From positions 239,634-303,633 of the forward strand of contig NW_026782349.1 of NCBI RefSeq assembly GCF_031769215.1: 64,000 nt of DNA. The letters are read 5' to 3'. Numbering within the stretch: position 1 is the first letter of the stretch; each line of letters starts with the position of its first letter. This document shows, one piece after another, positions 1 to 12,194 of this stretch. The notes beneath the pieces were generated by a model, which saw only the letters and a program-made list of their open reading frames with translations, did no database searches and had not been told where the DNA came from. Made by a program: the position numbers and the translations under genes. The stretch is from Ylistrum balloti. Its lineage: Eukaryota.

Positions 1-2706
1 TAAAGATATTGTTGATGGGACTTGTTACCCTTAAGGATATATATGTGAGTTCAATATTTGTGTAACTTTAAGTATTGATTTCAAGTTATGTGTATGGGAG
101 TGGGTGTGTACCCAAACGTGTGCTGCAATCCAATGACGAGTGTTTCACGTTACATTTTTTATTTCATATTCGTACTGTTTATTTAAATAAAAGATCTTAT
201 TACAATGTGAATATATAGAATGTTTTCATTTATTACTTATTCTTTACTGTGACACTGTGCTATGAGACACATATAAGGTAAACAACCGATGAAAATAACG
301 TTAATCTTTGATGCACAATGTTTCCGTTCACAGCTAAGTTGAACCATCTGATAAGTTGAATATTTTATTTGGTCCTGTCAACTTTGACTTATTGATGTTT
401 TACTATACTTTAATTGGCAATTAAACAAACTATGTTCAAAAGTGTCATTTTCTAAAATTAATTACATGTATATCAAACTTCATCATCTCCCCAGGGGAAA
501 ATGTGATACCTTGGGGTCAGAGAATTCATAATGTACTACAATATCTTCAAACCTTTCCATTCATAAAGAGTATTGGATTCAACTCTATCAGAGTTGTGAG
601 AAAATTTGTGAAATGTCTTTCAATTTTATCTCTTTTGCCCTCCCCACTCCCATCAGCCCCTTAGATCACCCAAGAAGAATATGTGCATTCCATTAAACTG
701 CCATCTTATACTAATAATTCTAACTAATTTCCAATTATTTTCATTGCAAATCAAAAAAAAAGGTTCAAAAGCATCATTTTCCTATATAAACCAATGAGAA
801 ATCTACATATGAGCACTAAGTCCTGTACTCAAAGAATTTTCATGGAACTCACTGAGTTTCTGGATATAATTAAATTTAACAATGTGGGACCAATAGTGAT
901 TACAATAAAGTTTTAAAAGGATTGATGAAAGTGAACTGTAGATTGATTACTGTAAACTTTACACCTATCCCAGGGGAAAATATGAGATTATTAATTCGAG
1001 TTCATGAACATTCATTCTATCAAGAGTATATTTTCTAGGTGTCTTGGTCTGGAGTAGAAAATTGTTGAAATTGAAGGTATTAGGAATGTAAATAATGACT
1101 TCCTGTCAAAATCCAAATGTATACCAATATTTCTGTGTGCAGCAATGTTTGATTTAATCTATAATCAGGAGTTGCCAACTGTTAGACAAACAGACAGCTC
1201 TAGGGATAGACATATGGGCATTTTACAACAAGCACTATTATCACTAGGTTTCCCAGACAGAAAAAAGAAAGAAGGTGAAAAAACAGTAAATTGGATCCAG
1301 CAACCTTCGTAAAGAAATAAGTAGACATCAGTGTAATTAAATATGTGTTTGACGACAACTTCCCAGAATCAGAAAACATAATGCCACACCTGTCCAAAAA
1401 GTTGATATTAATGGATGGAAACAGGGGTGATGAATTGTAGGTTTTTATTCTGTGCTCCCTGCAATAAAGACTTGTAAGTTTTGTCATCTAAGACCTTGCA
1501 CATAGAGGAAATTGAGAAAGGTTGGAGTAACTGCAAGTGATGTTTGTCGACCCCGATTATGAGCAGGTAGGTCTTTTAACTACATTGATTTAGGTCTAAT
1601 TATATATAATAAGTGTAATACACAAAATATAAAATTACATCCTATTTTACAAACCATGACAAAACTGTCATAGTATCAAACTTCATCTCATAGTTATAAT
1701 ATCAATCAAGTTTGAATGATTTCCAATCAATTCAGAATGATTGGTAATGCGCTGACCAAAATATACACAAAAGTATCATTCTCCTATAAACTACAGTAAA
1801 CTTCATAAATATGTAGAGCAAACATGGAGCCCTAGGTCATGAAATGAATAATTTTGATGAAGCAACTTAATATTTCAGTTCCCATCTGAAACTCTCGAGG
1901 TGATGATCATAAAATTAATATGTTTTGTTCATCTTTGACAAAGGAAGGCCCTTGCATAATTTCAATGAATTCAAGTCGGGGTTTCTGGGAAAAAGTAGAA
2001 AAAGTAAATTGTTTACAGATGCATGATGAATGATGGACACAGGATAAAGCACAATCACAGATGAAACATGATTAGAATAGATCAGTTGAGACTTTATCTC
2101 AAATGACATAAAAAATTAAAGCCTGTAATGCCAAAAACTTGTTTTTGATAAAGTAGATTTTAGCCAGTAGATATAAATAACATTTGATTTCCTGTTGATC
2201 CAGTTACTGGTTTAAAGTGTGTGACATATTAAAACACTAAACAATATGATAAAGAACAAATCGCTACAAGAATACAGAACAGTGACAGTTGTACTAAGGT
2301 AGGTAGTCAAGAATATATCATGAAAACGATCATGCTCCTATGAGCATTATCAAGGGTATCTTCACTGTTCACTTGGTAAACCAACGCTTGTTAGACCATC
2401 CACTTGTTTTCATTATGATACATGCTAGTTTAAACATATTTTATTGCCGAAAGCAAATGATACATGCAATCAATGTGGAGTCCATTGACAAATATTGATG
2501 TGTTGATAAATGTTTCTCATTTGAACAAATACAATACCTAAATGTTAGCAAAAACAACCCTGCTCTTAGCTAAATTTGCACTTCCCAGTTTTAAACATGT
2601 TGTGATCGCTCATAAGCAGTGCCAATATCATATTATTTGAATATTTATGAAATTTACTTAAAACTGAAGTGCATTGTATGAAGCCATGGAACGGACAGTT
2701 CATAAT

Positions 2707-2708
<2 letters not shown>

Positions 2709-2764
<56 letters not shown>

Positions 2765-2785
2765 CGTGCGCGCGTGTGTGTGTGG
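2709..2785. repeat. (GT)n microsatellite followed by a (GCGT)n/(GT)n tail
   Basis: Direct reading: tgtgtgtg... then cgtgcgtgcgcgcg. It produces the artefactual (CV)n ORF at 2674-2967. Confidence 0.95.
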
Positions 2786-3349
2786 TATATAGTTATATAT
2801 ACACGAGCATCTTCATGATCAACTTGCGCTCGCTTTTAGGCAGTATCTATTTCATATTAATGTGTAAAATTGTACATTACTTCCTATATGCTGGTCAGTT
2901 CATGATCGTACAATTAAGATACTTCAAGAAAAGAGTATTAAACAATGAAATAATCTGCAGGTTTTAAGATAAATGATGATCAGCGTTTTGTTTGTTACAA
3001 AGCAAATCCAGACACTCGATATATTCTGCCAACGTCGCATTTCAGGAAAATAACAGCGGTCCGTCATTACCCTTCATTTTGATGTTTACCTTCGACTGAG
3101 CAACAACTACGTCCTCTTGTCCGGCTCATCCATCGATGTACGACTGCCTTTCCACACCAGTAATCAAAATCGAAGCTGTTTCTGCTTCTATACACGCTGG
3201 TCACAAGCAGGTAATATGTTCACTTCTCTTCTGTCAAACGTCAAAGACACCATACTGTTGGGAACCCGGATGCAGGGATCCTTCATTGTATACGTTGCAT
3301 CATTATTGAAATTTCGTAGTTTAACGAACTTTTAAAATTTGATTACTAT

Positions 3350-3577
3350 TCGAGGGATTCTAAATATTTATATTTATAAAATGATGATAATTTGTTTTAA
3401 TGGACTTAGTTTGATATGAAAATATCATTATTGAAAAAAATTGAGATCACGGAAATAGCTGTCCGTTGACGACTCGACTTTTACATTTACACTCTCTATG
3501 ATAGAGACGCTTTCACATCATTTCTTCTTTACTAGCAAACGCTCAATTGCTCAGGATTGAGCACGAAACACTGAGAG
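3350..3577 (+). promoter_or_regulatory. CDC23: Putative CDC23 promoter and 5'UTR region directly upstream of the start codon
   Basis: Position only, immediately 5' of the ATG at 3578 that opens CDC23 exon 1. I did not identify a TATA or Inr element with any confidence. Confidence 0.25.
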
Positions 3578-3700
3578 ATGGCGGACATTTCAACTTTTCA
3601 AGCACTAGATCTCCCACCTATTTCAAAGATAAAGTTTGATTTGATTCGCGCAACAAGGGAATGTTCACAGAGAAAACTCCTTAATAGTGCGAAATGGTTT
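3578..3700 (+). CDS. CDC23: CDC23/APC8 exon 1 (start codon; MADISTFQALDLPPISKIKFDLIRATRECSQRKLLNSAKWF)
   Basis: ATG at 3578. DLIRATRECSQRKLLNSAKW aligns with human CDC23 LLLIAGLTRERGLLHSSKW. Donor GTATTA at 3701; this 3' end is the least certain boundary, and a GT at 3697 is an alternative. Confidence 0.6.
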
Positions 3701-4139
3701 GTATTAAGTAGTAAATAGAATTGATTGCAGCATGTGTTCAGAATATTGAACGCTCCTTTTGCAATTGGTAAATAGTTGAACTGGAACTTAAATTTTGCCA
3801 AGTCCATAGACTTGCTTGAAGGGTTCCATTCGTTCCGTACCATGACCGGTTCGTACTAGTCGTGTCGTACCACAGCTAGGTAGTTTTGTACCGAAAACGA
3901 AAGTCGGTACGTACTATTATTGTTACGTACCATACATACTTATGTCTGTTCCGAAAGCAGGGACGAAGTTGGTCCCACGGTATTCTACATTCTACATCGT
4001 CCACTGTTCTGTCATTTGGCTGACCATTATACAGTGTGTGCGCGGCGCTTCATCTGACAAATTTTATAAAAACAAGTATGATAAGATAATATTAAAGAAG
4101 AGATATATATTTGTACTGAATGTGTGTATTGTGTAGTGT

Positions 4140-4640
4140 GTGTCCTGTAACTAACTCCTTATCCCACTGCTAGTTTGACCAATCCGGCTACCGTAGCGGC
4201 CTCAGGAGATAAACTCCAACCGGCACAGCTCTACCAGTTTCAGAGGAGAAAGTCTGGATAGTGTATTAAAAAGAAAGAGTTGATTGCCCCTGCTTGAAGG
4301 ATACCAAGTCAGGGGCCTCAGCTACAGTGGCTGGGAGAGAGTTCCAATGTGCGATAGTAGATGGTATCAACATTAGACTGCACTTTCGGTTGGATATTAA
4401 GGTTATAGTCAGTGTTGTAATTGTAAATCATAGGATGGTTACACTTTAACATGTTTTAAGCGATTTCCGATGTTTATACATTTTACGAACTAATCTTTGC
4501 ATTTTCCGGTAGTCCGTTCCAAAGATCGACTACTCTGTAAAGAAGTATTTCCTGATATTCAGGTGTGATCTTAGTTTGGCTACTTTCAAGTGATAACATC
4601 TAGTTGTTACATATGGTGTTAAAGTGACCAAAATTTTCCG
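4140..4640 (-). mobile_element. 5'-truncated non-LTR retrotransposon (CR1/L2/RTE-like) 3' end
   Basis: The reverse strand encodes ..YRVVDLWNGLPENAKISS.., close to the conserved ORF2 C-terminal RVVxxWNxLP motif of CR1/L2-type LINEs. The frame is broken. Confidence 0.4.
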
Positions 4641-6639
4641 TAAACTTTGCTTCATAATTCCCAGTTTTATCTTATAAGTTTCTATTATATTCCCTCTCAT
4701 ACTTTGATATTGATTGTAGGTAATTTAAGCTTTTTAAGGGATCTTAATATGAAAGATGTGACATGTTTGGGAGAGTCTTGATTGCTATCAATTGCACATT
4801 AAATGAAATTAATAATTTTGTACTGCATGATATAGATTTTAAACTTTTATATATTGACATATATCTGAAATTGATGTATTTTCCAGAATATTTATTGATT
4901 TTATCAGAGACATATATACATCTCTAATTTCATTTATCAACTTATCCTAAAGAGCATTGCGGTAAAGATTGTATCTGAAGGAATTGATAATACCTACTGA
5001 CTTTTCATTGATACTCTTGTACATGATGTATAATCTAGGTGCCTTTGATGAAAAAATCTCTTGTCAATGCAGTGTTGGTAATATTCTTCCAGATGTTTTT
5101 GTTAGTTGTCTTGAATGTTTTGACATAAAAAGACTTGAAAGGGATATTCTGCACTAGCTAGGATTTCATGGGGTGCTTTTGAAGAAAACTGAACAAAATC
5201 ATCTACTTATGTTCTAATGGAGTTTGTACACCTCAATTTACCATTTATACAAACATATGATATAAGTCTCATGAAGTAATAGAATTGTAACCACAGCAGG
5301 AATTTTAGTGAACAGCATACACACATGTGTATTTATCCAATACTTTGCATAAAATCTTTGACTGTGTGAAGGAAGGCAACTGTGACAATTCTGCTTGCAC
5401 ATCAACCAAAACAAAAAAAAAACAAAAAAAGTGACGAGCAAACAAACTTGCTTAGAAAACAAGTTTTAGGTACAAATTTAACTTCATTGTTTGGTGCGTA
5501 ACAATTCCAACTTTTGTTTTGGTAAGAGTATATAGTGGTATATATCAACATGGCTGTGGTACAAACTGACCCATAATTTTGGAACATCTATCAAATGCTT
5601 GGTATGATACAACTGGCACAGACCAGTCGTGGTAAGGAAGGACGGTTACTCTGCTTGAAGGCTGAAGCATAGATATCTGGCACACTAGTACAATGAAATT
5701 GAAAAAGACCATGATGTAAATATGTGAAAGGTAGCAAACTTCCGATGTGGTCAGATATGACATAATATCTTGTTTTGATGGATACTTTCAAAATTGCTAT
5801 ATCAATATGACATTTATATATACACAGTACCATTGTAAACAGAAGTGTTGCCTATTAACAGTAAGCCATGATAATAATCTGTGTTAATTTCATGTGAACG
5901 CTATGTTAACATGCCATATAACATATGAATGCTACATAAACATACAGTGTTAACTGTGAATGCTACATGAAAATACTATAATAAAAGAGAATGATACATT
6001 ATGATACCAGTGGTTTTAGGACTCAGATATTTGAGTCCAGGGCTTGTGCTTTTCCTGTGGGACTTGCTCAGATTTTGGAAACCCATTATATCTCTTTGTA
6101 ACTGGACTCATCAAATTTTTGGAAATGGTGCTCTGGACTCACCAGAAAAAAATCTTACAAAATTTACTGAATATATATATGTATATACTGCATCAAATTT
6201 GAATGCTTCATATTCATACCATATTACTTTTAAACATTATGTTGATGTACTTCATTACATGTGAACACTATGTTAATATACCAGGTGCCAAATAACAGGT
6301 GAAGGCTACATTAACATTCCATGTGACAGGTGGAAGCTACCCTATGTATTACATTTCATTTGAAAGCTACTGTAATATACTCAACCAAAAAAGAAAGGTT
6401 ATCATGTTTCCTTGGCGAATACCTGTAAATGAGTGAAAACAAAATGACATTTGTGCAATATTAGAAAATGGTAATGTTTTACATTACAAAATCCAAGGGG
6501 GTTACCAAAATCATTGAAGCGTGAAAGTCTGTATTAGCGAAAGAGCTGCACGAGGTTTTCTGCGACTAACTTGTATCTTCGCTTGAATTTCATAAACATT
6601 CAAACTGACAACTGTTCCCTAGATCCTTAGGACTTAGAA

Positions 6640-7040
6640 ATCACCGAATCCTGCTATCTATCAACTTTATCATTATGCCCCGGCTGTCACAAGTACAGAG
6701 AGAAAGGGCTGTAGGCATGATCCAGGCTGGGGAGTCTCGCCGTCGAGTTGCACGGCATTTTGGTTACAGTGTTAAGACAATTTGCCAGTTGGTAAGTCGT
6801 TTAAACCAAATTGGGTCAACATCCATCTAAATCACCTGATTTATCACCGATTGAGCATGTCTGGGACGTTCTTGGACGACGTGTGAGAGAACGTCAAAAT
6901 CAGCCGTCAAACTTGCAGGAGCTGGCCCAAGCCTTGATCGCTGAATGGAACAACATCTCTCCTCGAATTATCGGTTTACGAGTTTTATGCGACGACCCTG
7001 CAATGCTGTTTACTTCGCATACCCGTTACTAATGGTGTTA
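6640..7040 (+). mobile_element. Internally deleted Tc1/mariner-family transposon remnant in CDC23 intron 1
   Basis: It encodes MPRLSQVQRERAVGMIQAGESRRRVARHFGYSVKTICQLVSRL, a Tc1 N-terminal helix-turn-helix. This is fused out of frame to ..DLSPIEHVWDVLGRRVRERQNQPSNLQELAQALIAEWNNI.., the canonical Tc1 transposase C-terminus. The DDE catalytic core is missing. I did not resolve the terminal inverted repeats. Confidence 0.65.
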
Positions 7041-7743
7041 CCTTTGAAATTGACCCCAACGTCCTTTACAGTCGAATAAAATCAACTGAACACAAAGTTT
7101 TATAATAAATCATGACTGCAGTTTTATCAGAATTGATCAATTACTTTATTCGTACATGATTGGTAAGGATTTTGTGAAGGGGTTACACAGAATAAAGTAG
7201 TGTTACCTTTCTTTTTTTGTTTAGTATATACTGCAATCAGTGTCAAGCTATCCCTCTTTCCCTTTTCCAACAGTCAGTAGTATTCTTAATATTATAATTA
7301 AACACATGACATTATATGTGAATGTTTTCTGAATCCCTTGGTGTATTGTAGTTGCCTTAAGAAAAAACAATTGTGACACCTGTGAGGCGACACGCCTGTC
7401 GGCTAACAACAGACGCGTACCAGTGCTAGGGTAAAAACCAGTCAAATAATTGTTTAAACTTCTAAAACATCAAATTTTTATTATTAACACAGCGGAGGGT
7501 GTTATAATTGGTTGTTGACATCCTATCTATATATATCCATAGTGCTACGAAAATTCCCTGGAAAGAAAAATTCCCCTCGGACGAAACTTCTTCGGTAAGA
7601 AAATTCCCGACACCTCGTGAATATATGCATAGTCTTGCACAAACGCGATTTCCCGACGTCAGATATTGTTGATCGAGACTTGAAGATAGTAAAATTAGTC
7701 CAAAACCACACCCAATTTTATTTTGTTTCTTTGAAACGACGAT

Positions 7744-8004
7744 TCACTGTTCGACTACTTTCACGACTACTGGTGAGACCCAGTGAAGTACGTGCCAATC
7801 TATGTTGCCCAAGCGATCGTCACTTTTTGAAGGGTCATTTTCCTCCTCACTGGATACATCGTCTTGTAATTCCAGTTCAAATCGGTAGGGCTGGATTCCG
7901 TCTTCAGACATATCATTCACACCATAATCAGACTCCTCAAAACTCATGCTCAAATCGCTCTCAGTTGCAGTGTCGTTGTCACTGTCAGTCATGTTGACTG
8001 CCAT
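7744..8004 (-). other. Small acidic 86-aa ORF (MAVNMTDSDNDTATESDLSMSFEESDYGVNDMSEDGIQPYRFELELQDDVSSEEENDPSKSDDRLGNIDW..). A TGACGTCA CRE-like palindrome lies about 25 bp upstream, at around 8021-8028.
   Basis: An ORF plus an upstream palindrome, read directly. It may be a transposon-derived or orphan single-exon unit. There is no homology I can name. Confidence 0.2.
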
Positions 8005-8879
8005 TTCTGTTGAACTTATGACGTCACGAGTAGAAGAGCCTCGATTCCGCGGAAATGACGATTCAGCTGATTAGGTCTGGGCGGACAGGTGAAAATCGAC
8101 AACTTTGAGCTTTAATAACTCGACACTGGGGCGACGGATTTTGACGGGGTTTTCATTATTATTATTTTTACGGCATTCTTAACATTATATCTAAATATAA
8201 AATTACTCTCAGGGTACACTTTAAGATCATACTCTCCAGGGTCCTGAAGAGTGGTTAATGTTACATAATATATTAGTATTACTGTCATATCACATTTATT
8301 TGATTATTTATGATGTTTCAGGGCTGCTGAAATGTCATATGGTTTGGAAGTAGAGATAGAAACATCTCAGTTGCGACATCAAGACAGAGAGGTAATTAAT
8401 GAGAACAGTTGACAAAAAAGTCATTGCTTCTGGAATCATCTTCACCACATTCCTGTGGACGAATGTTCATACTAGTTCATATATGTAGGTAAAGTAGGAA
8501 AAGTCCAGAGAAAACAATCACTGTTTACGTTATTTTACTAGGACTTCAGGCTTCATCACATTTTGTGAAATTTTCAGTTTCTTTTTTTATGTATTAAACA
8601 CTCAGGTTATTTCATCTTGTTCAGTGTGTAGATACCAAGCAATTTAACATGTATGTTTTTTCTTTTAATTCAACATTCTTAGAAAGAAAGAAGAAATAGT
8701 TCAGGAGATAGCCATATATCATAACATTCTTTTTATTTTAAAACTTGGCTACATGAGTGTGATCTGACACAATTATATATTTCAATATTCACATAATCAG
8801 AATTTTTAGGTCACCTGAGCCAAAGACTCATGGTGACCTATTGCCATCATGATTTGTCTGTCGTCATGCGTCGTTAACT

Positions 8880-9670
8880 TTTCACATTTTCGACTTCTTC
8901 TCAAGAACCAATGGATGGATTTCAACCAAACTTGGCACAAAGTATCCATATAGTAAGATGCATCAAGTTTGTGAAAGAAAAGGGTGTGGCTTTAATAGGG
9001 GCTACAGGAGGGGGCAAAAAGGGGTAAAATTAGGTAAATCTTTAAAAATCTTCTTCTTATGAACCAAGTATCAGATTTTCCTAAAATTCAAAATTAATGA
9101 TTCTGAGAGCAAGGTCTACAAAGTTTGCGAATTAGAAAAAAAATGGGTCATAAATAGGTAGGCGCTCCAGGGGGCACTAAAAAGGGGTCAAAATTCAAAG
9201 TTGACATTTCAACCAAATTTAGTATATAAGGTCCCCTTGTGAAGAACATGTGACTTTGAGTTGAAAAAAAGTGTCTGTGGGGTTCTTGGGGCCTCATGGG
9301 GGGCAAAAAGGGGTCAATAATTTTTTTTTTTTTGAAAATGGGTTCTAATGGCATTGACCATGTTTTTGGGTTACAACAACACTAAGCACTCAGCATCTGT
9401 GTAATAAGACACATTTAGTTTGGGGGAAAAAAGTAATGGCTGCAATAGGGGCCCCAGGTGGGGGTAAAAAAGGAGTAAAATTAGGTAAAGTAAGCTTCTT
9501 TAAGTTTACAATAGAAAAAGGTGTGGCCTCAATGGGAGCATATTTAAGGGGCAGAAAGGGGTAGAATTTGTTAAATCTTTGCAAATCTTGTTGTCCTGAA
9601 CCAAAAGTGGAACTTCATATAGATGATCTTTAGGGAAAGGACTGCAAAGTTTGTGAGAATATAAATAACT
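8880..9670. repeat. Cluster of satellite-like units (GGGGC..GGGGGCAAAAAGGGGTAAAATTAGGTAAA motif) with partial internal copies
   Basis: Self-similarity read directly, with units at about 8990-9140, 9160-9230, 9290-9340, 9440-9490 and 9530-9670. The related sequence CTTCTCAAGAACCAaTGGaTGGAT..CAAACTTGG recurs at 10120-10290. Confidence 0.6.
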
Positions 9671-10791
9671 GGTCCAAAATTAGCCCTTCTGATATTTGTT
9701 ATGTATCAATCTTTAATAAAGACATGTTGTGTGTTTATGACAACCATATAGGCGAGAAAAAATGTGTAGCCAGATCTTTCATCAAACCCAGATCTTATTA
9801 CTAGCTGAACCTTCTATGTTCTGAGCTACATGTATAATATGGTTCAATACCTGTGGTAACACTACATTTCTCAGCCTTGATACATATATATTCCCGTCTC
9901 AGAAGTACCACAAGATTTTTTCACATTGTTTTATGTGAGTATTTTTAGTTGGACGCCTTATTGTATAAGGCAAGGAAAAGATTGTGGATAGGCTTGAAAT
10001 TGATCTGATTTTTTGTATACTTTAGCTCTACATGTATCTACTAAGCTATTTTTCAACTTGTAAATGAAAGCATGATTTGCTTTATATAAATGTGCAACCC
10101 TGGCCTCTGTTTGGCTAAGACATTTTGGACTTCCTCTCAAGAACCACTGGGTGGATCATGTTCAAACTTGGTACAGATGTTTTACACATGGTCCTTCACA
10201 AGTGTTGTTACATTTTTGCAACATTTTAAAATCCCTAAATTATTGACATATATTCCTCAGGTGGCCGTTAAGGCCCCTTGGGCCTCTTGTTCGTTTTATT
10301 TTTATCAGATTCAGCTTTTCATCGGTACAGTGGAACCAACTTAATGTCACGTCTGTTAATGTCACTTTCTGGTTAATATCACATTTTTTTATTGATTTCA
10401 TAATTTATGATAGCAGTTTAGATATTTCAAAGAATAAACAAACTAAAGTTAAGGAAAATCATTATTCTTATTGGAGAAACTGATCAAATTACAAATTACT
10501 TGTCTTCAAACAATTTCTGTAAGAGACAATTCAGTTTGGTACATCAGGAACTAGATAGCCTATACAGCTCCATTATGAGTGCTTTTTGTTTTAGCCATTA
10601 AGTCAATTATGACAAGATGCATCTGTTCAATGTGCACATTTTGATATATAGCAGACATATACCTGGGACATTCAATGGAAACCTGCAATACAGATGTATT
10701 GCTTAGCACAAGACTGGCATATTAACATTATGATAACAATACAGAAGGTTGATATTGAACGTCCTTTATTTATAAATAAGACACTTACCAG

Positions 10792-10821
10792 GGAAGGAGG
10801 TCTGCGCTGGATGGCGATCAG
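10792..10821 (+). CDS. CDC23: Tentative 30-nt CDC23 exon 2 (GRRSALDGDQ)
   Basis: A phase-0 micro-exon between acceptor ttaccAG and donor GTacat. It joins exon 1 to exon 3 in frame, but its similarity to human residues (..EEDAQD) is weak. Confidence 0.3.
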
Positions 10822-11243
10822 GTACATAATGAGGGCACTGGGCAGGTACATGCAGAGTAGACAGTACAATGCATGTATGACACTCACTCAGAACTCAAAT
10901 ATCATTCACATCATGTGCAGTGTATGTGCCTGTTGATGACATTGTGTAACAACTTCACCCTACTACGTGTGTTTCCAGAATACTTTGTAAATATACAATA
11001 AAGAACATACACATAACATTGATTAATTTCTAATTTGTCTAGTTGTTTTCTCAGTGGAATTTCCATAAAAAGTGTTGGTAAATAATAACTTTGACAGGTG
11101 TATTGCTGCTTTCAATATGTACTGCTTCCTGACAATGCAATGTTCAAGCTTAATTCCTTATCTTCAACCTTCCTTTGTTCTTGTTTTTGTACTCTCTACA
11201 ATAATTATATTCTGTTTGTGTATATACTTTGTATTTGTTACAG

Positions 11244-11424
11244 GACTTTTTAAAAGAATATGACCAGTACACACTGGCAGTGAGCTACTTTGACCTGAAG
11301 GAATATGACAGAGCTGCCCACTTTGTCCACGATTGTCATAGCAGTCAAGCCTACTTTCTCTACATGTACTCTCGCTACCTGGCTGAAGAGAAACGAAAAA
11401 ATGACAATGCATCTGACTCCATAG
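11244..11424 (+). CDS. CDC23: CDC23 exon 3 (DFLKEYDQYTLAVSYFDLKEYDRAAHFVHDCHSSQAYFLYMYSRYLAEEKRKNDNASDSI)
   Basis: Near-identical to human CDC23 AYTLAKAYFDVKEYDRAAHFLHGC..KAYFLYMYSRYLSGEKKKDDETVDSLG. Acceptor ttgttacAG; donor after ata g|GTtggt, phase 1. Confidence 0.85.
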
Positions 11425-11650
11425 GTTGGTGAAAAAATAAAATTTTTAAAATGTTACATGGGATGAAGAATATATTACAGATTCATCAATAGAAAAATAG
11501 CTTCTTAATGTGTAAATTTTGTACAATGTTCTATAATTGCTGATCATAATTGAGGGCTGTGGTGTTGAATACAAGCATTTTTAACTTTAGAATTTAGATG
11601 AAAACTTTTCTTATCAAGGAATGAGATTATTAAATGTCTTTTATTTAAAG

Positions 11651-11750
11651 GTCCTCCTAACAAACTAGAGAATGAACAGTTGAAGACCCTCAAAATGGAG
11701 CTGTGTAAAAAATATGCTAACAAGGAACTTGATGGTTTTTGTTTATATCT
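11651..11750 (+). CDS. CDC23: CDC23 exon 4 (GPPNKLENEQLKTLKMELCKKYANKELDGFCLYL)
   Basis: Matches human GPLEKGQVKNEALRELRVELSKKHQARELDGFGLYL. Acceptor tttaaAG; donor GTAAGT at 11751. Confidence 0.85.
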
Positions 11751-12061
11751 GTAAGTATTGGAAATTTGTTTTCATTTATTTTAAACATAGTAAATGTAAG
11801 GTTGACTTCCGAGACAACACATGTAAATTGTCTCGGTTTCATTTCCCATAAAACTTTGAAACATTTTCAGTTTTTCAATTTGTTTTGACAAAACAGATAT
11901 GAATCAACATACCACTTAACAGAAGATGTTCTATTAAGCTTTTGTGACTTCATCCAAATTAACATATTTTTAAATTGGTTCCTTTTCTATAATGCTATAT
12001 ACTAAAGTTATAGGTAAACAGCGAGTTTGGTGTGAATTTATGATGCTAAACATTTCAACAG

Positions 12062-12194
12062 GTATGGAGTGGTTCTAAAAAAACTGGAATTAATTAAAGA
12101 ATCAATGGAAATATTTGTGGAGGCAATAACACATGAGCCTTTACATTGGGGTGCGTGGCAGGAACTGGCTGGACTCATCACAGACAAGGAGACG
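12062..12194 (+). CDS. CDC23: CDC23 exon 5 (YGVVLKKLELIKESMEIFVEAITHEPLHWGAWQELAGLITDKET)
   Basis: Matches human YGVVLRKLDLVKEAIDVFVEATHVLPLHWGAWLELCNLITDKEM. Donor acg|GTAGGT at 12195. The 51-bp minisatellite begins here. Confidence 0.85.

Noticed and set aside
2674-2967. 97-aa ORF with (CV)n
   Set aside because: It is a (GT)n microsatellite translated.
3100-3200. Possible divergent first exon on the minus strand (MSRTRGRSCCSVE + GTAAAC), sharing the CDC23 promoter region
   Set aside because: There is only a 14-codon ORF plus a donor-like site, and no downstream exons I could connect. Treated as too speculative for a feature.
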